Origin: Tubiluchus corallicola
Taxonomy: Eukaryota; Animalia; Priapulida
Assembly: GCA_030141605.1 (NCBI GenBank)
Contig: JAQGDQ010001074.1
Coordinates: 1-64,000 of the forward strand
DNA length: 64,000 nt
Direction: 5' to 3'
A model generated the notes under the pieces. That model made no database searches. It saw only the letters and a program-made list of their open reading frames with translations, and was not told the origin of the DNA. The translations under genes were made by a program, and so were the position numbers. Below, piece after piece: positions 1-13,380 of this stretch (within the stretch, counting starts at the first letter, position 1; each line of letters begins with the position of its first letter).

Positions 1-451
1 CTCTTTTTTGAAATTTGTGAGGGGACGGCGTCAAGTTTAGTAAATTAATAACCATGACGGCGTCGTCATGGTTATTAGTTTAGTTTTTTCATTAAGGAAC
101 TCTAATAAACTCGCGAAGAACTCTCTGAAAAGCAAGAATAGAGACATACCTGATCCGCAAACACTATATTAATATAAAAATTAGCAATAACACAACCAAG
201 TTTTAAATTTGTCAAATTAAGACTAAACTATTTAAAATATTGATTAAAAAACAGGGATAATAACGAACTATCCTGTCTCACCCCATTGACAACAATAAAC
301 AAGAATTGCGAGCTGATAAGAGTAAAAATAAAGCAATCGTACAACAGTTTTAACCTCACCTGTATCTAGTAGCTTGAGAAACGGAGTGTGATAAACTATT
401 AGCCTGTGACAAAATGTGGACGGAACTTTGCTTATTAATATAATAGTCAAT

Positions 452-454
<3 letters not shown>

Positions 455-530
<76 letters not shown>
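455..530. repeat. (TA)n microsatellite
   Basis: Uninterrupted TA dinucleotide run; it explains the spurious YIYIYI ORFs. Confidence 0.97.
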
Positions 531-534
<4 letters not shown>

Positions 535-2214
535 ATATACATATAGGTATATACATATAGGTATATTTACTCATAACTATATACCTATGAATATATATAT
601 ATATATACGCATTGATACTACTGTATTATTATTACATACACGTAATATTTGTTTTCACGAAAAATAAATATGAAAGATCTTATGATGTAGATCTTTACGA
701 TATACGATGTCTTGTACGATGAAATCTTGCGCATTAGTGAAATTGGATTTCCAGATTAGATATTGAACTTTTCGTGCAGTTGTAAAAAGGATTACTGTCT
801 CAACAGAACAAAAACAGCTACAACGGTTACTGAGATTCTAAGGTTTCTGAAAGGCAGACCTATTGAAGATTAAGGTCTATTTAAAGAACTATTAACTAAA
901 CTGCTAACCTGATTATTCTAGCCCATACACGAATAAAAAGCTTGATCACTTTACTGCTTGGTTGTTCATTTTCTACATTACGAGTTTTTTTATAATTTCA
1001 AGCCATGTTTTTATTTTTGCCTAAACATTTGTCAAATAAAATAATTAAGCGTCGTGACACACTAATTGATTTTATTAATACCAGGTATATAGGATATTGT
1101 TTAACATGATAGGAAAATATAAGAAGCTAAGGAGTGATTTTTTTCTTTATAAGGCTCATTGAACATTCTATAAAGCACAAAAAGCACATTATATGCCAGG
1201 TTAACAGGTAACGCTTTGCTAATGAGGCGCATAACCCACCCTATTTTTACATTAATATTATGTTGTACGATAATCATCAAATCTTCATTACTCTAACGGT
1301 AATTTCGACTGATTACCTGACTGACATTACATGAGCATTATGAGCACTCTTTATGCAAGGGCTCTATTTACTGCAAACTGTAACAGCTTGCCGTATGAGA
1401 ATAGCAGTGATGCTAGTGACATACATTAATCTTGAAGAGGATGGAAGCTGTACTCAGGATTCAAGGGCAGATGAATACAGATAATAAAATCTACTCTCTA
1501 CGGATGCTCTTTACTTTCGACTAGAGCTCAATGAATAGAGATTCAAAGAAAGTTTGGGTAAGAATGCAAAAGTCCCAGGTATGACGGTACAGACAAATAG
1601 CTAACTGAAATTAAAAAAACTCTATTAATGTAAAATCCCGCAATTGAGAAAAAAGAAGGAAAAGGAAGAAGAAAAGAAAAAAATCAACATTGAAAAGAGA
1701 GTCAGTGCAAAAAACAACCGAGCACAGAAAATCATTAAATGCAACTTTTTACTCACGACAGCATGATCACCGCTAAAGCACAAAATCTTCACCAATAGAA
1801 CCGTGTAGCAACAACACCAATTAATTTTCAACTTTAAAAATTCAATTTATAAAAAACTTTATTTTATTAGATAGAAAGTAGAAGAAGAAAATTTACATAT
1901 CGTTACGTCTAATTGGCTGTCAAGTTTTGTCAAACTATATTTGGACACTATATATTCACTACGTTTGGAAAATTCATTTAATTTGTTAGCTCTATCTAAT
2001 TTACATTTAGCGATTTTTTTTCATTTGAGCTTTTGAAGTACCCACTTGGTACGTACCTAGTGTTTTGCTACTAAGTATTTACTGATAATTTGTGCTTTTT
2101 ATTAGCTTTTTTCTTTCGTCTTAAGGTAGTTTACAGTGCTGGTCTGAAACATCGTTGGCATTTCGTTTTCATGAGGTTGTTTCTCTGTCAAATTGTTATG
2201 ATTCTTGTCATTAA

Positions 2215-2819
2215 AGCCAGGGTTTCGCAGGGCAGCGACTTTTTTGCGAAGGCCGAAAAAAGTGCAACAGTCACCAAAAATTTCTCGCAACTCTGTGTTG
2301 TTGCCGATGTCGGGAGCCTGATTAATTTTTTCTATTAATGATTCTAATTAACTTTGCGTGTTTTTTGTCAATTTTTGCGGTTTTTGGGCTTTTCTCAGGC
2401 GAGAATGTCCAACGACGTGTTTGAGCCTGTTTAGCCACTTTTGCCTCACTTATGTGACAAGACATGTGTTACACGGTATTCTCGGGAGCATATTGCGATT
2501 ACTTTACGGTCATTGCGAGGTTCTACGAAATGCCGCCAAAATGTTGAGACGCAACTAATTAACCCTCAATATTCTGAAACGCACCTCAAAACGTTCTTCT
2601 AGTTTTTGCAGATTTTGGCGAGGTGGCGAGTTTTACGACTCCGACGACAAGCTTTAAACATTTTGAAATTTTCCGGCGAAGCCAGCGACATTTTGGCGAT
2701 AATGGCGAACACCGAAAATGTTTTACGTCTATTTGGTTTGGGAAACTTTTGGAGTTTATTTAGTAATTATTGTACTTTCGAATACCCGCCGAAGTCGAGA
2801 ACTCTGTGAAACTCTGGCT
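2215..2819. mobile_element. Non-autonomous PIF/Harbinger-like MITE
   Basis: Imperfect TIRs AGCCAGGGTTTCGCAG...CTGTGAAACTCTGGCT with TAA on both sides (2212-2214, 2820-2822). Related pieces lie at ~28303-28365 plus ~30110-30335 and, reversed, at ~42690-42983. Confidence 0.7.
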
Positions 2820-4418
2820 TAAGAATTACTTACGTGATGTAGAGCGTTGTATAGCAAACGTGCAGCTGGTGAGCAGTGTTTTGTGAATAATTACCCAAGA
2901 GAATCGAGCAAGGATGTCATTCAGTGACATCATGTGTCTTAGTAATGCGCTACGTGTATGATTAATAGTAATATTCGTTCATTATGAAAATTTTCTAGTA
3001 TTTTTCTTTATCTCCTGATGCACTTTCAAGCATCGTTATCGTAAGTATATCTCTACGTGTTAGAGCTTTGCTAGTTACAGACAAATCGACTTAAGAAGAC
3101 ATAATCCCAGAAACTCGCAAATTACAGAAGTAATTGGAATAAGGAATAATAATAATTTTACGTCAGCACTAACGTTTTTCAGAATGTACCAACAACAGAG
3201 TCTACTGGTAATTTTAAATAGTAATGAAGCGTATACTCTATATTGTGCAATACTGTATGTTTCATTATGTTTTATAAGGCAGTAACTTTTTAAATATGTA
3301 ATAAAATTCTGTATGTTTTTATCGTAATTTTTATGTTGTAGTCTAAAAATTTTAGATTTAATTGTTATGTAATCTTACGGGACATGTCCTTAAAGAATAA
3401 ATGATATCTAACTTAAAAATAAACAATACCACTAAATGAATAACTAGTAATACAACCAATCACGCAACTAGAAAAATGAGCAACCAAACAACAAACCAAC
3501 CACCCATCTAGTGCACCGACAAGCCAGCAAAATAAGCAATCAAACAATTGTATCAAACGAACAAGCAAATACATAAACAAACAAAACGAGCGACAGACAG
3601 ACAAGAGAAAGACAAATAAACCAACATATAAAAGAAAATCCTCCACTTACATGAAGCTTAAAAAATTCGTCTTGAAATTTTATACCACTTATATACTACC
3701 TCTTTGCATATTAGACTTGCAATAAGATTGTATAAAACATGTAAATTTAAACTCCGGCGATGACCGTTAGACGCAGAAGAAATAGTCAGGGTATTTGCAG
3801 CGTACACGTCACTAAATAAATAAAATCTAAAATCACTGTACCTTGACAATAAGATTAAAAATACGTTTTTGGTTAGTGAGTGGTGCACCCTAGAGGGTGA
3901 GTCAGCGACATTTTACCAATTGGTGAAAGCGTTGTAAATAATTAATAATTTTTTTACTAGTTACGTAAATTTTTCAAGTAGGTAAGCGAAATGCTAAGCA
4001 ACATAAGTTTGAATGGAAAGTTTTTTGGGTCATAGTTTAACATTTACTTTTCTTCCCATGATTTACGTTGTGCGTAAATGACTTTTTGTAATGGCGCCGT
4101 CGGAACAGAGCGGCGGGAAATTTAAAACGAAAACAAACAAGAAATACCTTCAGTGCGAGTACGATATACGCATAAAAACTGCTATAAAGTAATATAATTT
4201 TAAGGCGATTTTTCTGAAACCTACTTTTCTTGTCCTTTAAGTCACTTCCACTTTTAATTTAATAAATGCCATGATTCTCTACAAAACTACAAGCGTTCGC
4301 TTGCTGAACAATAATAGGCAGGTTTAATAAAGTGAAAACGCGGGTAAAGATGTTAGTAACATGAATCGAACAAAAATTATCTCACTTTTTAGTAATTGTG
4401 ATTTTGTTTCTTCCACAG

Positions 4419-7290
4419 GCTTTTTATTGGCTCGCCCGATTTACTGGCAGTGTTCAAGAACAAGTTTAAGAATGTGCCAATAGAGCAGCTAGCAGCCAGT
4501 CCAGAACTGGAGAACCATGCCAGTATGGTTATGTCTACAATAGATGAAGCGATCCATTCTCTCAGCAACCTGGTCTTCTTCTTTGAGTTGTTGATCACCA
4601 TCGGTGTGACCCATCAGGACATTGCCGGTTTTAAAGTGGAATATTTTTGGGTAAGTCATCATATGTCGAATTTCAGCAAGATTCTTATAGTTAAAATTCC
4701 TTGGGGATCCAGAGGGAAAAAGCCTTCCCTAGTTTTAATGTAAACTATGTAAATGGTGGAAGTTTCTACGTGGCTTTTACACAGGTAGCCCAGCGACCCC
4801 CCCCCCCCCCATAGCTAAACAATTCACACTCGCAGTAGTTGATAATATAATGCATGTTAGCCGTCCTAAGTTATCAGCAAAAACGTAACACACAGTGTGA
4901 CGTTAAGTGAAAAAAGTGTCAATATTGACTGTTTGATTGGTCAGTGGTTAGGTTTATTAAGGTAGAAAAAGTAATAAGTGGGTGCCTTTAGGTCTGTCGG
5001 TTACGAACAATCGCCTGATTGGCCCTACTGTTGTCACTGGTCATTCAATTCAGCAATTATTAGTTTGTTCCTTTTCTTGTTAATTAGTTAGTTGATCGAT
5101 TTGGTCGATGCAAAGACACAACATTTTATAGTACGCCAGTTAAAAGCTCGTAGCTTACTATTTTTCTTTATACAATAGGCCTTATGACCTACAAACCTGT
5201 TATAATCGCAACTAACTTTCACAAATAAATAGTGTAGAGTCTAGACAACTGCCTGGTTGCACTAGACATCCAAGAAAAAGCTAAGACTAAAGCTTAGTTG
5301 TATATATATATATATATATATAACAATACCTAGTATCGCAAGTCATAGGCTGAATTAGCTGCTATGGCCTACATGCAGGACTGGTTTCACATATAATAAT
5401 CTGCTCTGTCCACATACTTTGTCTTCAGTGAATTTTAATTTTATACGTTTCTTTCATTTGCAAGAGCGATCCGCTATAACTTACTCCTCAATGGACGAAA
5501 AGCATTCCAAAATCAGACTTAAATCAATTTTTATCAAAATTATCTTATCTTATAATAATTATTATTTTATCTTGTAATAATTATTGTAACGAATAGGCTG
5601 TGACACTAAAAAAGATAGAAATTATTGTTTTTAACAAAGCAGGCAGAATTCTAAAAGACTTAAACGTTATCTATGAATCTGATTAGCTCAAAATAGTCCA
5701 ATCTTATAAATACTTAGGGGTTGAATTCTTTGCGTCTGGTGTTTTCAGGCAAAGCTGTGCCAAACTAAAAAACAAAGGCCTAAAAGGTTTTTGCTGCATG
5801 ACAAAGTACATCTCAAACTCCGCAAACCCCACACGCTATTATCAAATTGTTTGGACATACTGTAGAACCTATCATGCTATATGGCTCTAGCATTATTAAA
5901 CTTAAAAACAATTCCCCGCATAGTCAAACTAAATTTGACAGTGTGGCAAGCGAAGAGGCCAATATTAAATTATACAGATTTCTTTTGAATGTCAATAACA
6001 AATCAAACAAATATGCGACTAGGGCAGAACTGGGCCGTTTCCCTATTTTTATTAAAATAATTAAGGAAAAAATCCGCTACTGGATACATGTTATTAGCCA
6101 GCCTTATGATGGTTATTTATGCCAAGCTTATAGCGAAAACCGAAACTTAACTGAGAACTGTTAGTTGAGCTACTTTTGTTAAGTATATATTATGTATAAA
6201 TGGCTTTGAACATGTTTGGAATAACCAGACAACGTTTTCACCTAAGCGACTACTTCATAAATTAGAAGAAAAAATAAAAACTGATTATACTCTGTTTTGG
6301 AAAGAAGAAATCCATAATTATAACAAACCTGACGGACAAAACAAACTGCGAACGTATCGAACCTTCAAAAAACAATATCAACTTTGTGGTTATTCCAAAT
6401 ATGCTATAACAAAATTTACAAAACTAGAATCAGCTCTCATACTTTGTTTTTGAAAGAGGGAGGTGTGTTGAATCTAGAAAAATCCCAGCTGAGAATCGTA
6501 TATGCTCATGCTGTTTAAGAAATGAAATCGAAAACGAATTACACTTTGTTATAAAATGCCCATACTACAATGATCTTAGAGAAAAATTATATGAGCACAT
6601 CAATGTAATTATTCCAGAATGTTTCCTTATGAGCGATGCTGATAAATTTAGATTTAGAGTAATGATTTAGAAGTAATTAAGGCATTTATTAATTATGTTG
6701 AAAAAGCTTTTTAAGACATGATGGAAAATATACTATGTTATGATCATATCATTGAAAAAGAAGCCTAATGAATGACAATTTATTTTAAATACTAATCATT
6801 AAACTTTTCATTAAATAACTAATATACCTAACAGGAAGATTTAACAATATTTGCCTGTATTATTATAGTGTCATTATATTTCATAATTGAAATTATATAT
6901 GTCTCGTTTTTTTATTTCAAAATTGATATTGTATGCATGTCTTGTATGTATTTTTGACACTAATAAATAAATATCTAAATATGTGCTAAAGAAACTAATA
7001 AGTCTATAGAGTTTTTGAAAGCCGTGCGTGCGATGAACTGCACTGATACATGTACAATTAATTTAGAAACTAAATGTTGTTTATTTATCTAATCAGGCTA
7101 GGACAAATTTTATTTTTAGAGTGGCGTAAAATTTTGGTTGTTTTTCTTTCAGCGCATAGAAGAACCATTTTTGGAAGCCGTGAAGGAGACATTGGGAGAG
7201 CGTTACACGCCAAACATGGAAAATATTTACCGAATAACCATCCATTTTATTCTGGAAACGCTCGTAAAAGGCTACCATAATAAACATTAG
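4419..7290 (+). CDS. Globin (globin X-like/neuroglobin-like), exons 2-3; first coding exon not found, probably upstream of the window
   Basis: Exon 4419-4650 (ttccacag| LFIGSPDLLAVFKNKF...ELENHASMVMSTIDEAI...IGVTHQDIAGFKVEYFW |gtaagt). Exon 7153-7290 (ttttctttcag| RIEEPFLEAVKETLGERYTPNMENIYRITIHFILETLVKGYHNKH*). CD1 Phe, distal E7 His and proximal F8 His are present; intron phases match the classic B12.2 and G7.0 positions. Confidence 0.9.
5590..6975 (+). mobile_element. Degenerate 5'-truncated non-LTR retrotransposon (LINE) 3' fragment inside the globin intron
   Basis: Broken frames encode YKYLGVEF, ELGRFPIFIKI, KLRTYRTFKK, LRISSH and a C-terminal zinc knuckle (ENRICSCCLRNEIENELHFVIKCPYYNDLRE), with stops and frameshifts and an A-rich end. 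Confidence 0.8.
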
Positions 7291-7720
7291 CCAGAACTTA
7301 CACTGCTGACCAATGGAATTGTTTGAAACACTGATTTTCCCACGTCGACATAATTGTGGTCTTTCCTAACGTGTAATCGTAAGTGTATTGCGGGTAACGC
7401 TGGCTCCAAGAAAAAAGGAATTTTTTTTAATTTTATCTACCTATTTGTCTCTATTTAATAGAAACTTCTTACTTTCACTGTATGTTGACGTTTTATAAAA
7501 AGTTAGTTATGGTAAATTAAAGCAGCGTTGTGCTGTTTATTTATAAACGCAACTAGTGCAGACCCCACATGCAAGTAAAGTAAATTATGTTTGTTTCAAT
7601 TACATTAAGAAATTGCAAAGTAAAATCTGTAAAAATATGAAGGATTCAGACTGTAAATATTTAGAACTATATGCAGCATGTTTTTACAGCAAAGTTAGCA
7701 GACCGGATTTTAAAGTGTAA

Positions 7721-7913
7721 TGGCGCGTTCAGACGTGGAGAGGTTTCTCGCAATTTGTTGCGCAACTTTTCTCTGAGGGTGCGTTCAGACATATAGAGCT
7801 CTCTCGCAATTTGTTGCGCAACTTCTTTCTGAGAGCAAACTCGTAGGAATGAACGGCTTGGCAACTTCTTGCACAACAAGTTACGAGAGAAGTCTCTTTG
7901 TCTAAACGCGTCA
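7721..7913. mobile_element. Small Harbinger-like MITE
   Basis: TIRs TGGCGCGTTCAGAC / GTCTAAACGCGTCA with TAA on both flanks (7718-7720, 7914-7916); internal duplicated motif CTCGCAATTTGTTGCGCAACTT. Confidence 0.65.
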
Positions 7914-10319
7914 TAAGAGAAAAATGGTGTAGATCTTCTTGCATGAAACAGAATTTACTATTATTGTGTTTCTATTGGAAACTCCCTTATACTCAAAGTA
8001 CCATACGTGCTACTATATAGTACACCATGATGTCCACTATACTTTTACCTATTGCAACAGTATCTCACTGAATTCTTTAGTAAGAATAGTAATAGTAATA
8101 GTAAGATTCAATAGCCTATGGCTATAATGTACGAGCAAAAAGAATTTAACAACATCGAGATCATAAACATGCAATTAGTTTCATAATAAATTCGTATAAT
8201 AATTTCCTTATAGATGGCAGCACAGTAATAGACCAGTAGTGGCCAGCGTAAAAAATATATAACAAAAATCAATTAAAATCAATTGTTAGCACTAAATAAC
8301 AATAACAAATGCAGACAAAGTTGTACTGTACAGTTACTACAAGACGATATGGTTTATATGTTTTATATGTAAGTGTATATGAACGTAAACAAAGTGAACA
8401 GTGCATGTATAATTATATTATTCTATATTCGCTCGTTCCTGTAAATGCCCAGGCATTCAGCTTTTCTCGACAGGCGTGTAACTACGATAAATGCTGATTG
8501 CTGAATCGTGAAAAAGGGACACGTTCCTAGTTATGAATCTGGTTAATTAATTTATCCTTTTATGAACAGAAGCATAATTGCGGCACGAAACATACCGCTA
8601 AATGTATTACTAGAAAATGTAGCATTAGGTCTTATGGCTTACATGCTACATGTGATCACCAATGCTCTACGTTGAAAATTTGTAAAATTAGCTAAAAGGA
8701 AAATTTATTAAGACTTTTATTTCTGACAGATTGAATTTACAGGCTTTCCAGGCTTGTGTTTATTATCTGGATATCTTTATAACAAAACTATTCAAGGAGC
8801 CTGGCGGCAGCTTTTACGTTTAAAAATATTAATTATTAATAATAACGAATTATTATTACTCCTGTGACTCGCTGCGTTAGAATTTAAAGCTGTAGCTACA
8901 CTACTTTTAAGCTGTTAATTCAGTGTTTTGTTAACAAAGTCTCACTATAGGAACAGTTATAAAACATGTGAACGAAGGTTTTACATTGCGAGATAAATCA
9001 GTAGTAATCAGTTTGCTGTAATGTCATCACAATTAACTGCCCCCTAAATACATATTAGTCTACAATGTTTAAAGCTAGTTTCATAAAATACTAATATCCA
9101 TATAACTTAAGGCCATGTACTAATACCCATATATCTCTTTTCCCATTTTTGTACAGCGCTACTAACTATCTTATATTTTATTTTAGTTGTTTAGCACTTT
9201 CATGTATTGATTGCCTGTGGATATTTCTGAATAGAAATTGTTTTCTTCTTTTTTCTATTGTAATGTCACAGGTCGCATTTGTGCTGTATTAAATGGCAAT
9301 AAACAAATAAACATATCCAGTCTTGTTGGTCATCAGTAATCAAAGATTTCGATACTCGCAAGTTGCGCTGACAAGCCACTGGCATAGCAATAACTAGTTT
9401 TTTGCCGGACTACTGCTGTGTTACCTGTCTTGAGAGCAGGTTTCTTCTTAGAAGTCTGCCTGCCCAATGTCTACAATAGATGTAGTGCGCATGATAATGA
9501 TGATAACAGACGCATTGGGCAAATGGTGATGATGATTTCTAACCATCACTGCTTGTTGTGCGTTAGCGCTTAAATATTTTACAAGAACAGCTTGTGGTTT
9601 GTAAATCGAAGATTCACAAGTTTCCCAGTTTGATTAAAATTCACAAATCTCCCCTGATTTCCGTGAAGTATAGTGCTAATAACTAAATCTGGGGAAAATA
9701 CCAAGTGCCATAGGTACTAATTTAATTTCTCAAAAAAAGAATATAAATTTAATTTTCTAATGCTGAAAATTACAGACTGTAGTCGATTGTTTATCACAAT
9801 GAAGTTTATTAGCACAGTATTCTGAATTATATTACCAAGTCCAAACATCCCAAGTGAAACAACAAGAGATACGCAGTCTATCATGTTTCTGTATGATAAT
9901 GTTATTGTTGCCGGCCCTATCACCGTCACCACCACAGCAACGTTGATAACAAAATAAATATAAAAAAATTATTAGTCCAGTAATCTGATTCGCGTTTTTT
10001 TTTGCAGAAAAGTAAGTCTAAATTGTGTTCATTGTCTGCAACCAGTCCGATGTAAAAATTTTACGTAATTCTCAATGTGTACGTGACCTTGAGCTATGTT
10101 TACTACTAGCTAGGATGTTTACTTCCAGTGAGCATAGAAAGTATTTTCCTGTTATGCGGCACTGAAAACGTAATCTTGTTCGATTTTGCTAATGTAATAG
10201 GATTTACTTTGCGACTTAATGACATCGATATCTAAAAATATACTATTTAGGGCAGCTACCACAGCAACACTTATGCAAGCGATATTAAAAATTTCCACTT
10301 AAGCGTCGATATCTAAAAA

Positions 10320-11065
10320 TAAGGATAAAATGAGCTAATGTCGGACAATAATGGGTTTTTTATGTTTCTATCTATATTTTTATAATTTTCTTTGGATAAT
10401 GCCTAATAAATTAAAGCTATGCTGTTAAATAATCGGGAAATACAGAAAAGGGGTCGTCATTTCAAAGAGTGTGGTAACGTCGGACACTTGCAGGTAATAT
10501 GAAGGACTGTTCGGCAGGGTAACATCGGGCGTAATTAAGAGCAAGCGAATAACTTTGTGGTTATGATGCTTAAATTCTTTTAAATGGTTTGCAACAGTGA
10601 CGACATGGGAGAATTGTTACAGAATAGAATAGGCACAGGCACAGGCCAATAGCCTCACAGATATTTGCTCCGTGTTATTCATTTGTGAATAATATTAATT
10701 GATGGCAGATTGCATCCAATAGTAGCTCTACTGCTGAAGTTTTACTCTCTTATTCTTTAAGTTTTTTTATATTTGCACCATTATTTTAAGTCGGTTCGAT
10801 AAAAAATACAATTGTCCGACATTAGCCTAGGCCTTCCGGGTAAAGTCAGACACTGCTGCAGTGAAAAGGTACTCAACGAGCGAGCTTGTATATTCACGAC
10901 CATACGGCTGCCAGAAGACGAACTACTAGACTATGGTGAAAATGCCAGTCTAAAGACGTGACGTGGCAGTACTAACAATGAAAGAAAAAACAACATCTAG
11001 GTAATTTAATGGGTTTTAGGAAAACGTAAAGCTCACTGTCCGACATTTGCCCATTTTATCCCCTA
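10320..11065. mobile_element. TA-flanked MITE (Tc1/mariner/pogo-like) inserted in the second unit of an ~80-bp tandem repeat
   Basis: TIRs TAAGGATAAAATGAGCTAATGTCGGACA and TGTCCGACATTTGCCCATTTTATCCCCTA. The flank TTTAGGGCAGCTACCACAGCAACACTTATGCAA occurs at ~10246 and again at ~11066. Confidence 0.65.
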
Positions 11066-12210
11066 TTTAGGGCAGCTACCACAGCAACACTTATGCAAAC
11101 GATTTTTAAAATTTAAATTCAAACATCGCTTTTAGTTAACATTTTTTAATTTTTCTTGTAAAATGTTGTCTGCTAAAGCAAATAAGTGTTTCAAAATAAT
11201 TCTTAGAGTATTATAATTTGAGATTGTTATAGCCAAGTGAAACGTATAAACGGAAACACTCTTCTTACTGATTGTTTCACTATAACATTATTTTGTAAGA
11301 AAATGCTGAAAATTATTGACTCTTTGTGCAAGGGTTAATTTTATTTATTGCCTGTACCAAAAAATATAAGGCTTTGCCGTAACAAAGCCGGTACGCAATG
11401 GCTTCGTAATGGTTCGAACCATCACATTGAAAAGGTGGGGAGTGAAACAAAATTGCATTTAGACTTGGCAACACTATCTTTCCCAACAAAGGCTGGTGCA
11501 AAGGCAGACTGGATTCTGCGCATTTTGTTCATGACTTTGTAATACCTCTTTAATTTAGCAATACGAAATCAAGGGGGAAATTTTGCCCGCTCCAGCAAAC
11601 ATGGTTATACCTTCAACTCGTTGATTCAGCAATACGTGAGTTCCGGTGATTTTACTTGATCGAGCAAACGGAGAACACCTTCAATTGATTGTCATTCGGG
11701 TAATACGTCATTTCCGGGAATTTTTCCCTGCTGAGCAGAAGTTCAGTCATTCAGTCAGAATCAACAAAACGTCATTCACTGTCACTCAGCAATATATAAT
11801 TATTACCTATTTTTAGAAGGTAGCTATCATATTTCAGGGTGACACACCATAGTTTAACTCCCAAGTCACCCTATCTTAGGCCAGCGGAGACTCAACAGGT
11901 TTATATCTTTTCTTTTTCTGTCCTTTAACTTGCTGTGGTTATGACGGACATGTGAATATATACCATGTAAAGAAGTGAAAAATTCATCAACACAAAGGAA
12001 GTCAAAGCTCAACACAGTCACCTTCAGACCAGACGTACTAGATGAACATAATATGTATGGGTCGTTAAGGAATTCAAAGAACTCAAATAAACAATAAGCG
12101 TTTTAAAAATGTAAGAACGCAGAACAATATCACATTCAAAGTGGAGGTGACAGTTCTCGAAAAAAGGCAAATATCCGGGCAGCTTGTTAGACACTGAGCT
12201 GTCAATAACC

Positions 12211-13030
12211 TCGTTGTAGATTAAGCCGAAGGCCCTTGGTTCGAACTCAGGCTGTACCCAACTTTCGAGTTTGGTATCGAATTTAATTCATTTAGGTAAT
12301 TAATGATAGTCATTACATTAAGATTATAATAGACTTTGAGAAAACCTGTAACAATCTGAAAAACTTTTGTAAGAGAAAGGAAAAAAACGAAAATAGTAAA
12401 GGGACAGTGACATTGCGTCAGGCGATAACAAAAATGGTTGTTTAAATGAATAAGGAAATTCGCTTGCGGAAACCTCATATGAGTAACCAAAGGGGTTCCC
12501 CGTGATATTTACACAAGATGCGCAACTGAATCACTTGGCAAGCAAGGGCATAAAATTTCAACAACCGCTCTAATGTTAAACATGTTGATTGAAGACAATC
12601 TAAAATAGTTCTTAATCGTTGTAGATTAAGCCGAAGGCCCTTGGTTCGAACTCAGGCTGTACCCAACTTTCCACACTTTCGAGTTTGATATCGAATTTAA
12701 TTAATTTTAGGTAATTAATGATAGTCATTACATTAAGATTATAATTGACTTTGAGAAAACCTGTAACAATCTGAAAAACTTTTGTAAGAGAAAGTAAAAA
12801 AACGAAAATAGTAAAGGGACAGTGACATTGCGTCAGGCGATAACAAAAATGGTTGTTTAAATGAATAAGGAAATTCGCTTGCGGAAACCTCATATGAGTA
12901 AACAAAGGGGTTCCCCGTGATATTTACACAAGATGCGCAGCTGAATCACTTGGCAAACAAGGCCATAAAATTTCAACAACCGCTCTAATGTTAAACATGT
13001 TGATTGAAGGCAATCTAAAATAGTTCTTAA
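12211..13030. repeat. Recent head-to-tail tandem duplication (405-bp and 415-bp units) upstream of TNF-like gene 1
   Basis: 12211-12615 and 12616-13030 are nearly identical (TCGTTGTAGATTAAGCCGAAGG...TAAAATAGTTCTTAA). Confidence 0.95.
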
Positions 13031-13119
13031 ACACACTATGAAACATTAAAATATCAGGCTTGTGCATCTTCTAAGCAATATTAATGGTTTTATTGATTCA
13101 TCACGGACACTTTCTCAAG

Positions 13120-13320
13120 TTCCTGGAATTATTTTAGCACGTGATTATGTTTATATGTTATAAATATATAAACCTGAGTCAGTAATCACCAACTGCGCAT
13201 GCGCACAAAATTAACTTTTGGTCACAAACAATAGAAATCGTTTGGTAATAGGAAAAAATATTCATTGCGTCAAGTAGGTGACATCATCACCCTCCCACAT
13301 TTGAAAGCCTATATAAGACA
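13120..13320 (+). promoter_or_regulatory. Putative proximal promoter of TNF-like gene 1
   Basis: STAT-like TTCCTGGAA (13120), AP-1 TGAGTCA (13175), NRF1-like TGCGCATGCGCA (13194), CRE-like TGACATCA (13279), TATA-like TATATAAG (13310). The NRF1/CRE-like/TATA order recurs upstream of gene 2. Confidence 0.55.
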
Positions 13321-13380
13321 ATATGATTGCGGATCTTTTCCAAATAAAACTACGTTTTAGCTCATTTATACCTTTAAACG

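Noticed and set aside
356-667. ORFs rich in YI repeats (also 14534-14864)
   Set aside because: Translations of (TA)n microsatellites.
1-4418. Search for globin exon 1
   Set aside because: No donor site here is preceded by a plausible A/B-helix coding sequence; it probably lies upstream of the window.
12221-12905. Two near-identical minus-strand ORFs and a B-box-like GGTTCGAAC suggesting a tRNA
   Set aside because: The ORFs result from the tandem duplication and show no domain; no cloverleaf or clear A-box, so at most a SINE remnant.
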